DNA of 24,713 bases, taken from the NCBI GenBank assembly GCA_033442325.1, contig JAWQFM010000010.1, positions 163,258-187,970 on the forward strand, read 5' to 3'. This document shows positions 1-24,713 of the stretch, piece by piece. How positions within the stretch are numbered: position 1 is the stretch's first letter; every line of letters starts with the position of its first letter. The DNA comes from Salpingoeca rosetta. Its lineage: Eukaryota; Protista; Choanoflagellata. Below the pieces are notes generated by a model, which was not told where the DNA came from, did not search any database, and saw only the letters and a program-made list of their open reading frames with translations. Position numbers and translations under genes: made by a program.

Positions 1-235
1 GGATGCGTGGTGTGCGTATCTGTGTATGTGATTTGCATATGTGTGTTTATTGAGTGTGTAGTGAGTGTGTCCACACGTCCGCAGCACAATCTCCTGTCAT
101 TGTTTCTTTCCATTTCAACATTCAAGCACAACACATTGTTTGGGTGTGTGTACATACGTACCTTGCAATCGCCCGAGGAAGAGTGTGATCTTTAGAAGGA
201 TAAGATGCTGGCTCAGCTCACGTAGGAGATTCTAG

Positions 236-237
<2 letters not shown>

Positions 238-310
<73 letters not shown>
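238..310. repeat. (CA)n microsatellite
   Basis: Perfect dinucleotide run seen directly. Confidence 0.97.
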
Positions 311-311
<1 letters not shown>

Positions 312-352
312 CTTCTCACGCGTGGCATTGCAACTTGTATTGTACGGTGGAG

Positions 353-1205
353 CAGCATGCTGACGAGTACAGCGACGACGATAACGACGATGATGCTGGC
401 GCACCGGTGGCCGTGAGCGATCAGGAGCACAATGAAGATGAGGAGGAGGGGGAGGATGCACACGCACCTCATAACGAGGAGAGGGAGGAGGAGGAAGTGG
501 CAGTTAGTGGCGATGATGATGATGAAGCAGCAACAGCAGCGGCGCAGGATGAAGTGGAAACAGCGGGCAATGAAGAAGAGGAAGAGGAAGGTGGTGAGAA
601 TGGGCACGTTGATGTGGGCGGTGATGAAGACACGGATGTTCCGCCCGAGGAGATGCCGCTGGTGCAGCTGTGCCAGCACGTGTGGTCGCTCACCACGCCA
701 GACGACGACGACTGCGTGGACGGCGGACAGATGCGCACGTTCATGACCATGTCGCAGCTGCCAAACAACACCCTCGGCCTCATCTGGAGCATGGTCGACA
801 CAGAGCAGCGCGGCAAGGTGTGTGTGTGTGTGTGATTGTGCGTGTGCGTGTGTGTGTGTGATTGTGTGTGATTGAGCGTTTGCATATGTGTGTGCGAGTG
901 ATTGAACGTGCGTGCTTTCTGACGTGTTCGTGGGAGCGCTTTTTTGCACGTGCGAGCTCATGTCCACGCGCTCCACGGCCACCTTTGCTCACATGTCACC
1001 ACATCTCACCATTCCCCATCTCACCATTCCCCTTCCTCCTTGTTTCTTGCAGCTCGACTACCGGCAGCTTGGGTTTGCGCTTGGCCTGATGGGGCAGGCG
1101 CAGCGCGGTGAGGAGCTTGACCCCTCTGTCATCGGGCCCGCCACACCGCCACCAACGCTGCACGGGCTGCCCCCGCCTGCCGATGAGGACGACAGCACAG
1201 CGTAA
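353..1205 (+). CDS. 3' part of an EH (Eps15-homology) domain protein with a long Asp/Glu-rich linker; exons ~353/356-817 and 1053-1205; upstream coding exons not located
   Basis: Splicing AAG|GT at 817/818 to pyrimidine-tract CAG|1053 gives ...DDDCVDGGQMRTFMTMSQLPNNTLGLIWSMVDTEQRGK|LDYRQLGFALGLMGQAQRG...PPP...*. This fits the EH consensus (SxLPxxxLxxIWxxxDxxxxGxLD). Stop TAA 1203-1205. Confidence 0.8.
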
Positions 1206-1677
1206 TCCACAGCACACTGTAATTCACAGCACCCCACACATCACAGCACCGCATACGTCACAGCGCGGCATACGTCACAGCACAGTGTATTCTCCCACCA
1301 ACCACGCATTCGGAGCTTCCTCCTCCTCTTCAACCTCCCATGCTACCTCGTCGTTGTTATGTTAGCGCGCTTGCCCTCGTCTTTGTTTCTTGTTCATTCT
1401 GCCGTGTTGTCTGCGTGCGTGCATACGTGTGTGCATGTACGTGTTCATTCTCAAGCAGCCCCCTCCCCATCAGTTGTAGCTCCCCGTCTCATGCTTGTGC
1501 TCATCATCGCTTGTCGAATGTGTTCTTCGTCTTTCCTTTGGGTTTTGTCAATGTCACATCAACAACGACACGCCAAGTACAGCAGCATCAGCCACAAGAA
1601 GGTGAAGTTGAAGGTGAGGTTCTCCCCTCTTCACATGTCCGAAACAGCACGCAAACACGCGCAGCAGGCAGGCGTGG

Positions 1678-2252
1678 TCAGATGTCCTTGATCTCCGCGG
1701 GAAGCGGGAGCTTGCTGTGTTTCGCCTCCCAATGTTGCTTGTATGTTTTCGCGTTCACCATTTGGGACTACAAGTTTTCGTCACAGCGCAAAAGAAGAGT
1801 AGACAGCAAAACACCAGTACGGCGTGTTGGACGCAGTGATACATGAATCCGTTAGTGGCACGAGGCAAGCGCGCACATCAATGGTATGATCCACACAGCC
1901 AGTCAGCATCTGAGCAGAGCGCACAAACAGAACAAACCTTGCACGCCTCGCACATGACGTTGAAGGCCTTTTGGATGTTCTTTGCGTGGTCGCCGCCCTT
2001 CTTGGCCATCTTCAAAGCAGTCGGAAAGCAGCTACGGTCAGGCAGCAAGCCGCATACACAATAAAAAACACGCATACAGACATACATAGAGACACATAGA
2101 CAATATGCACACACATGGACACACAGAGAGACACGCACACATGCACACACACATGCACAAACACACAGACACACACACACATACACACACACCTTTGACT
2201 TCTTCTGGGCCGCTTTTTGCTGTGCCTGAATCTTTTGCTGTCCACGAGCCAT
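1678..2252 (-). CDS. ZNF706: ZNF706-like small protein (SERF/4F5-like N-terminus plus one C2H2 zinc finger), 73 aa; exons 2252-2193, 2009-1938, 1767-1678
   Basis: Spliced product MARGQQKIQAQQKAAQKKSK|MAKKGGDHAKNIQKAFNVMCEACK|SQMVNAKTYKQHWEAKHSKLPLPAEIKDI*. It has the MARGQQKIQ start and the C-x2-C-x12-H-x4-H finger typical of ZNF706. Both introns are GT-AG, phase 0. Confidence 0.93.
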
Positions 2253-2534
2253 CCTTGGTTGTCACCACCAGATGGGATGGAGGTGGAAGGTGGGAGAGAG
2301 AAGGGGGAGGGCGTGGAGAGGGAGGGAGAGCAGCAGCAGCAATGCACAGAGCACAACAAGCGCACCAAGCACAACAAGCACAACAAGCAAGGCGAGCAGC
2401 GTTGTGGAAGAGGCACGGGTCGCGACACCATAAAACATTGAAGCCAATATCAGCACATTCGCCAACCAACCACGACAACAACTTGGCATCTGCTCACACC
2501 CTACCCCTCCACCAAGCAGCAGCCTACAGCAGCC
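2253..2534. promoter_or_regulatory. Putative bidirectional promoter between ZNF706 and PLEKHD1
   Basis: 282 bp separate divergent ATGs (2252 on -, 2535 on +). The interval contains a GA-rich stretch and imperfect GCACAACAA tandem repeats (~2344-2390). Inferred from gene geometry only. Confidence 0.55.
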
Positions 2535-5152
<2,618 letters not shown>

Positions 5153-5653
5153 GGGCGGCGGCAGCGGTGTCGGTGTTGCATAATGGACCTCAAACGATCG
5201 ACGTGAAGCGGCTCTGTCTGTCTGTTGCACTCTGTGACGTGTGGTTGTTGTCAATGCATGGTTTTGTCGTCCACAGTCGTATGCGTTTACGTTTTCGTGC
5301 GTGCGTATGTGTGCATTCATGCATGTGTGGTTTTGCTTTTTGTATCGTATCATCATAGCACGTGTTGTTGTGCGAGATACATTGTTACATTACATTCATC
5401 GCTGTTCTGAGTGTGCGGCTCAGGAACGAAGCAGGGCCTTCTTTTTGTTTCGTGTGTGTGCATGTGTACGTGTGTTGGTGGCTTGTCATCCTTGTGACTT
5501 TGTGCTTTGCCTGCCCCTCCATCCGTGTGTATCAGTGTGTGTGTGCGTGTGTGTGTGTGTGTGTGTGCATAATGTGCTTGTTTCGTTTTGTTCAACATGA
5601 ACGCCTCAGTGCAATGCGTGAGAGACACTGCAAAACAACTACAGCCGCATTGT

Positions 5654-12144
<6,491 letters not shown>

Positions 12145-12227
12145 TCTTCCCCGTCTGCACCTCGTCCGCTCCACTGCACACACACGCACACACAAACGGC
12201 GCCGTTGTTGTTGTTTGATTGTTGGTG
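12145..12227. promoter_or_regulatory. Very short divergent intergenic region (putative bidirectional promoter) between ACTR5 and ABCB8
   Basis: ARP5 ATG at 12144 (-) and first in-frame ABCB8 ATG at 12228 (+), with alternatives at 12249 and 12279. Inferred from geometry. Confidence 0.55.
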
Positions 12228-17999
<5,772 letters not shown>

Positions 18000-18528
18000 A
18001 ATGCATTCACAAACCACCGCTCCGTCCACGCTCATGTCTGTCCATGGGTTTTACACTCAGCACACCCGCCCCCTCTTCTGTGTCGTGTTTCACTTTCGTC
18101 ATGCCAAGGACACCTGAGTTGCGTTGTGTCATGTCATGGTGTGTCGGTTGTGTTGAGAGAGTTTGAGCTAGGGAGCATTCATTGCCTTCATGTTGCCGTT
18201 GTTGTGTTGTTGGTGTTGTCAGTGCCGTGATTGCGACTGTTTACTCTTGTTGGTGGGGAGGGGGAAGGAGCTCATCGCTTCATGTCAGGTCCAACAACAA
18301 AACAACCAGCCCACACCAGTAAACGTAGAGCAACGTTTCATGTTCCATATGTGCGCGTGCATGCATGCATGAAGGAGAAGGGCAAAGAGAAGGAGAAGAG
18401 GAGGTGTGCGCACCACCACCGCAGCCGTGGCAATCACACACGCAATGCGCACAAAACCACACGCATACGTGCATGCACACAAAGCACGCACGCACATGCA
18501 CGTGCACACGCATGCACACACGTTCAGC

Positions 18529-20354
18529 TCAGGCCCTGAGGACAAAGAGTTGGCAGAGGAGGGCAACACCAAACCCTGTTGCACGCTCGCCGCTGTAGGC
18601 CGGGGCGGCCATGTCAATGTGCAGCCAGGCGTGGTCGTCGGTGAAGCCCTCGGGGAGGTGGTTGCCGATGAACTGCGCCGCGCAGCTGACCTGGGCGTTG
18701 GAGCGGTTGGCAACGCTGTTCTTCATGTCGGCCACGGCGCTCTTGAACTCGTCGGAGAAGAGCTCTGGGCACCACATGAGCGGGTGCACGAGGTCACCGC
18801 TGGCGCGACCGGCAGCAACGGCCTCTCCCTCGAGCCGCTCGTCGCTGCACACGATGGCGGCGTGGCGCTTGCCCGTGGCCACGCCCTGCGCACCGGTGAG
18901 GGTGCACATGTTGACGAGCACATCTGGGTTGAAGTGCTGGGCGGCATAAGCGACGGCGTCGCCAAGCACGAGGCGTCCCTCAGCGTCCGTGTTGTTGATC
19001 TCGACCGTCTTGCCGGAGTAGAGCACGTGGATGTCATCGGGGCGGGTCGCTGCGGGGCCAACAGAGTTCTCTGCAATGGCGAGCAGGCAGTACAGGTTGT
19101 CCTTGAAGCCGCACTTGACGGCTGCGACGAACGCGTTCAGGACGCCGGCGGCACCGCCCATGTCGCGCTTCATGCCTACGACAGCAGTGGAAAAGGGATA
19201 ACATCGGTGGTGAGGATGGAGTGCAGGCAGAGAGGGAGGAAGGGGCAAGGGAAGCAAGCGGGCGAGGTGGAAGGCGGACAGGCAAAGAGGCAGGTAAGCA
19301 AGCAGTGATGTAGGTAAACACACACACACACACACACACGCAAACGCACACACAGACACACACACACACACACACACACAGACACACACAAACACGCACA
19401 CACCCTACCTGGCATGGTTGTTTTGCCCTTGATGGAGAGACCACCGGTATCGTAGACGATGCCCTTGCCGCACCAGGCAATGGTCTTGGTGGCGCCTTCA
19501 GGGGTGTACTTGAGGATGACGAGGCGGGGTGGGTTGACGGAGGCCTTGCCCACACCGTAGATGCCGCCCAAGCCTTGCTCCCGCAGCTCCTCACCAACAA
19601 TCTCCTCGCCAGTGACGCCTGGCAGGCTCTCCGCCAGGTCCAGGGCGGCCTTTGCAAACGAGGCACTGTGCAGCTCGTTGCATGGCGTGTCAACAAGAGC
19701 GGCACACCGGCGCACGCCCTCGCTGATGGCGGCAATCTGGTCGTACAGCACGCCCTCGCCGTGCATGTTGCCGTCGGGCGTCATGAAGGCGACATGCGCC
19801 GTGACGCGGCTGCTCGTCTCCATCTTGTTGCCCTTGCGCGAGTACGTGGGCACGGCACGCGAGACGGCAGAGGCGGCGGTGACGCACATGGCGTCCTGGC
19901 TGGCGCTCGTGTGCGCCTCCAGTGGCACGACGTAGACGACCTGCAGCGTCTCGCCCTCGTGCCCAAACTCGCCACCCATGAAGCTGCGCACGCTGCGGGT
20001 GATGGCGTCGGGGCGAACAACGCTGTTGAAGCGCGTCGCCGCGCTGGGCGTCATGACAAAGCACAGGCGCACGTAAGGAAGGCCCTTGTCCTCGCCATCA
20101 CCGCCAGCGGCGGCAGGCACGGTGACGCTGGTGCTGGCACCGTTGATGGGCGACTCGCTGCCCTTGATGGCTTCAAGTGCGCTGGCGCAGACGGCGGCAG
20201 CAGCACCGGTGTCCTGCACGCTTCCCGCCAGCTTGGCGAGGATGGGCGAGGAGGGGCCCTGCACGGCCTTGACCAGCTCCGCCTGGCGGCCGACGAACAC
20301 GACGCGGGAGGCGCGGGTGGCCAGCGTCGACGCAAACACAAGCTTCACAGGCAT
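18529..20354 (-). CDS. NPEPL1: M17 leucyl aminopeptidase family, NPEPL1-like (~530 aa); exons 20354-19409 and 19175-18529
   Basis: GKGIVYDTGGLSIKGKTTMPG|MKRDMGG, AENSVGPAATRPDDIHVLYSGKTVEINNTDAEGRLVL, TLTGAQGVATGK, SAVADMKNSVA, WLHIDMAAP, GERATGFGVALL. These contain the M17 metal/catalytic residues (K, D, K, D, NTDAEGR) and NPEPL1-type context. Single phase-1 GT-AG intron 19408-19176. Confidence 0.95.
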
Positions 20355-20449
20355 CCTGGAGTGTGGTGGTCTTGTTGGTCGTGGTTTGTTTGCTTGCAGT
20401 GGAAGGAGGGGAAGTGGTGGGAAGTGCAGGTTTGTTCTTTTGTTTGCGT

Positions 20450-23083
20450 TGCTTGATTGAAGAAGAATGGTGGCTGATGCGTGAGACAACCAACCAACCA
20501 ACAATGACTGCGTGCTGACAGGTGATTTGTGATCCAACCACTGCATCACCCAGACAGGTGTGTCAGTGGGTGTGTCAGTGGGTGTGTCGGCGTGCACGTT
20601 CTCTTCTCCACTCACCAACACGCCATCATCACCACCCCTCATGCTCTCATTTTCTTGTGTCTTTGCTCACATCCTTCCCTTCCCACCCTCAACACCACCA
20701 CCACCACCCTCCACACTTGCTCGTTTTCCCTTCCTTCCTTCTGCTGTCGCCGCACAGAGGGCCTTTGAGCCAGCAGATGTCACCCCCTCCCCTGCACCAA
20801 CCACCACTGCTGTGGTGGGATGAACAGACGGGCGCTGCCATGTGATGCCCATCCAGCCACGCTTGTGCGGCTGTGGAAACAGCAACACCAACTCACACTA
20901 CAAAGCAAGCAAGCGATGAGCAACGGAGTGCATCACTGTATGTGTGTGTGTGCTGCGCACAGCACCAGTGTCGCATGGTTGTGGTCGCTGTCTCTGCTGC
21001 TCCTGTCTCCCCTTGTTGTCCCACATCAATGTGCATGCATGTACGTCGTGCGGCTGCCTGTTTTGCCTTGCTTGAAGCGCTGTCTCATTCGTCGTTCTCA
21101 CACACAACTGCTTGCACACCTGCACATTCTCCACCTTGCAGTCACTGTTCGTCTTTCCCTCTCTTTCTCGCCCTCCCTGGCAGCCATCACAACAACAACA
21201 ACAGCAGCCAACACACCCTCCACCGCCCATGCAGCAGCAGCAGTAGCAGCACCAGCACCACCACTTGCTGCTGAACACATCCCCACTGCTGCTGGCGGAA
21301 GCTGGCTGTTTGCAGCTGGGAACAGGTGGCGACAGCGGAAGTTGCATTTTCGGCTGGAAGCAGCAGCAAGCAGAGGTGAGGGCGAGAAGAAGAGGGGAAG
21401 GGAGAGGAGATGCGTGTTGGCTGGATGGTTGGATGGATGAGTGAGGTGAGGTGGGGGATGCTGGGTGAGTGTGATGTGGTGTGGTGTGGTGTGGTGTGGC
21501 TGGCTGGTGACAGAGCATGGTGGTGTGTGATGGTGTGAGGAAGAGGGATGGATGGAATGGATGGGGTGCCGCATGTCTTGTTCCTTCCCTTTTGTTTTCT
21601 GTTGTCTCTCTCTTCCCTTTCTCCTCCTTCACACACATGCATGCACACCATCAGCAGTGGCAGCAGCGGTGTAGCTGCGCACATATTCATACTCCCTCTT
21701 TCCCTCCCACTCACTCACCGTGCTGGGGCTCGCACACAAACGCACTTACAGGCGATGCGCACGCACAAGCAGCAGGATGAGGGAAATGTCGAGGATACTT
21801 GCCACGCGTGCCAGCTGCACTCGCCTCACACATGGTATGTGGGTGGTGATGGGCGGTTGGTTGGTGGTGTGATAGGGTGCGGTGATGGTGCTGGGGTGCG
21901 GTAAAGCGAACACGAGGGAAGAGGGGTTGATGGGGGGATGATGGACACACACATCGACACACACGCACACGTGGTGAATGTGGTGTCCATCACTCGTTCT
22001 GCTGTGCTGATATGATGGCTTGCTCTGTGCCTGTTGTGTTCTGTTCCCATCCATGGTGCCTGCAACCACGCACGCACACACACACACATGCACAGGTGCT
22101 GAGGTACCAGCACACATCAGGATGATAATGATGGAAGCGGGCTCGCATGCCGGCTGCTGCGGCTGCAACTCCCCCGATTTGGCTGTCGCTGCTGTGCTCA
22201 TGCAGTGTTCCCACATGCGTGAGCAAGGTGAGCCCACCATGGATTCATTGGTTGGCACATGGTGCATGTGTTGGTGTTGCTGCTGTGGGTGCTTGGTGTT
22301 ACCGCTGCTGTGCTTCATGCAGCAGTGTACCTGTGCAGCTCACATGTCATGTGCGTGTGTGCATGCTTGTGGCTGCAGGGGCGACTGCATGAGGATCGTT
22401 GGAGGATGATGATGGGTGGTGCACACATGATGGATCGGGAGGAGCAGCTGTGGACACACACGTCCATGGTCATGGCGGGCACATCCAACCACAGCGACGC
22501 AGTCGTGCGCAGGTGTGTGTGTGTGTGTGTGTGTGTCATGGAGTGCGGAGGAGGCAAGCAGAGGAGGGTCAGGAAGGTGAACACGTCTGCTGTGCTCACA
22601 TGCCATACCTGTGTGTTGTGTGATGTTGTTGTGTCTTGTCGTTGTGTGTTGGTTGCATGGGCACCAGGGCCACATCAGAGGAGGGGGAAGTAGCCGCCAT
22701 GAACGACCCATCATCATCATCATCATCATCAACCTTCCCCATTTCTCTCTCCTTTTTCGCTCTTCCACCTCAGCTCCTCTGTCATCACCGCCATCGACCG
22801 CACAGCCGCCATCACACTCCGGCCGACACCAGCTCCAATCTGGCGTGAGGCAGACATTGCACATGTCAGTCGCTCTGATGAAGAGGTGAGCAGTGTGTGC
22901 GTATGCGTGCATGGTGGTGGGATGAGTGGAGACAACATGTGTGTGTGCGTGAGGTTGTGTGTCAATGCGGGTGGTTGGATGGGGCTGGCGTGTGATTGAT
23001 GATGCTTCGCTGTCAACCTCACGCCCCCCCCCCCTGAATTCTCTCCCTTCTTGTGTCTGTGCACACATGTTTCACAGCGTTGA
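20450..23083 (+). ncRNA. Candidate spliced transcript without a convincing long ORF (lncRNA or decayed gene), divergent from NPEPL1; exon-like blocks ?-20557, 20758-20937, 21184-21375, 21752-21834, 22096-22227, 22379-22512, 22774-22885, 23078-?
   Basis: Regular alternation of GC-rich blocks bounded by CAG acceptors and GTGAG/GTATGT/GTGTGT donors with intron-like repeat-rich spacers. Stops interrupt any single frame across the whole chain. The 5' end is a guess. Confidence 0.35.
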
Positions 23084-23089
23084 GGAGGC

Positions 23090-23209
<120 letters not shown>

Positions 23210-23426
23210 ATGGTTCATGCCAACGCCACCTGCACCATGGCGTCTTCCTGGCCCACCGTGCTCCAGATGGTGTGCGGCACACTGCTGCTCGCTCAAGGCG
23301 CCCCCTCGACACGTGCCTGTGCAAGGCTTAGCGCATCAGCTCAGGCACGCAGCTGGTGTTCAGCAAAGAGGGCGGGCGGGGTCTGCCTCGACTACTCCCG
23401 GACCCAAGCATGCAGGCCAAGACATT

Positions 23427-23612
23427 NNNNNNNNNNNNNNNNNNNNNNNNNNNNNNNNNNNNNNNNNNNNNNNNNNNNNNNNNNNNNNNNNNNNNNNNNN
23501 NNNNNNNNNNNNNNNNNNNNNNNNNNNNNNNNNNNNNNNNNNNNNNNNNNNNNNNNNNNNNNNNNNNNNNNNNNNNNNNNNNNNNNNNNNNNNNNNNNNN
23601 NNNNNNNNNNNN
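23427..23612. other. Assembly gap (186 N)
   Basis: Run of N bases. Confidence 0.99.
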
Positions 23613-24713
23613 TGTTGGTGACCTGCTTCTTTTCCTCCCGCTTGTGCGCGTTCGCCTCAGCACCACCCCTGCGGGGGGGGTTACTCCTCCGGGGGACCGG
23701 TGCACCAGGACCACGCCTGGCCTGGTCCTCCTCCACCACCTTCTTTCTCTTTGTCTTCTCCCCCATTGTCATCCCTTTCCCCTGTGCCCTGGTCTTCTCG
23801 TCTCTTGCATCTGCCTGTTGCTTGCCCCTGGGGCGCCCTTTCCTTCTGCTTCTTCCTCCTTGGCCTGTTCCTCCTCCCCTCTTGGTTCTCCCTGCCGCGC
23901 CCTCAGCAGAGCCATGGGCGCCAGGTCAATAAACGGGAACGTCCTGAGAAATGCCTCCCATGTGCACGGCTGTACTGGCCATCTTGCACACCCACCACAG
24001 AGCTGGTTGCTTGGCGACGCATGGACTTTGTATGCGTACACCGTCGATGCCCTAGTGCCAACGTGCGGCGGGTATGCCACGGCTCGGGCTGTGCCCAGGC
24101 TTTTCGACCGTGCTCAGTGCCCCTTCCACCACCAGCACGTGCAGCAGTGCCCACGTCCCCCAAGACCACGATCGACCACGTTGGCGGCAGCGTTGCTACG
24201 ACCCCCGCCCACAAGCCCACAGCCAAGAAAAGGCTGTTGCGTTTGTGTGTTTATGTGTGTTGGCGGCGGTCGGTGGCGTTGGCGAAGTTTCCGCGATCAT
24301 TCTGGAAGTTCTGGAAGGCTCGGATGACTGATTGCTTGCTGTTGCTCGTGCGCCAAGTTGGACTGGTGGATCGTCGCCACCTGCAAAATTCTCACACTTT
24401 CTTGTGCGAAACATACATGCTGAGAAGCGTGGACGTAAGCATGGATGGGGGGGAAAACAAGCAAAGAGAAAACGCCAGCAGTCTGCTGGTTGGTTTCGTT
24501 GTTGGTTTTTGTTTGTTGTGAATGAGTTGGTGTTTGGTGGCCATTTTCCTCGAACCACCTCGACCACAACAAGCAAGAAGCAAGCAAGAAGCACAAGCGA
24601 ACCAAGCCAAGACTGGTTGGGCAGATACCACGCACGTCCACCGGCTTTTGTTGTCCTTTGATGATCAGGACAGCGCTGCCTCTCCCTCTGGCTCAAGTCC
24701 TCAGCTCTCCTCT

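Noticed and set aside
196-235. Exon-like block (TTTAG|...|GTACAC) upstream of the EH exon
   Set aside because: It has stop codons in all three frames, so it cannot be an internal coding exon.
18406-20456. Long plus-strand ORFs (18406-19308, 19575-20456) antisense to NPEPL1
   Set aside because: Shadow ORFs expected from GC-rich third-position codon bias, with no recognisable motifs.
19176-20642. 488-aa ORF-track model extending NPEPL1 upstream to 20642 and into the intron
   Set aside because: The upstream part is low-complexity, UTR-like sequence. Coding-like codon usage starts at ATG 20354 after an AAC-rich leader, and the downstream part reads into the intron.
21180-21380. Cys-rich minus-strand reading (WWCWCCYCCCC...GCCCCCC) resembling metallothionein or a CYSTM domain
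   Set aside because: It arises from (CAG)/(CAA) trinucleotide repeats read antisense. The splice signals in this region favour the plus strand.

Overview
Eukaryotic, intron-dense genomic DNA with GC-rich exons and introns filled with (TG)n/(CA)n microsatellites. This style resembles the choanoflagellate Salpingoeca rosetta (inference only). Most entries in the ORF track are artefacts of the microsatellites, so genes were reconstructed by hand-splicing GT-AG introns. Six protein genes alternate strictly in orientation: the 3' end of an acidic EH-domain protein (+), a ZNF706-like small zinc-finger protein (-), a PLEKHD1-like PH/coiled-coil protein (+), ARP5/ACTR5 of the INO80 complex (-, at least 22 exons), mitochondrial half-ABC transporter ABCB8 (+, 18 exons) and M17 aminopeptidase NPEPL1 (-, 2 exons). 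Beyond about 20.4 kb there is a candidate multi-exon transcript with no convincing ORF (lncRNA or decayed gene) divergent from NPEPL1. It is followed by a 186-nt assembly gap inside a GC-rich, repeat-poor, possibly degenerate element. No CRISPR array, tRNA or rRNA was recognised. The most interesting signal is the splice-site polarity of intronic microsatellites: UG tracts start at donors, while CA/UCAC tracts run up to acceptors in place of a polypyrimidine tract.
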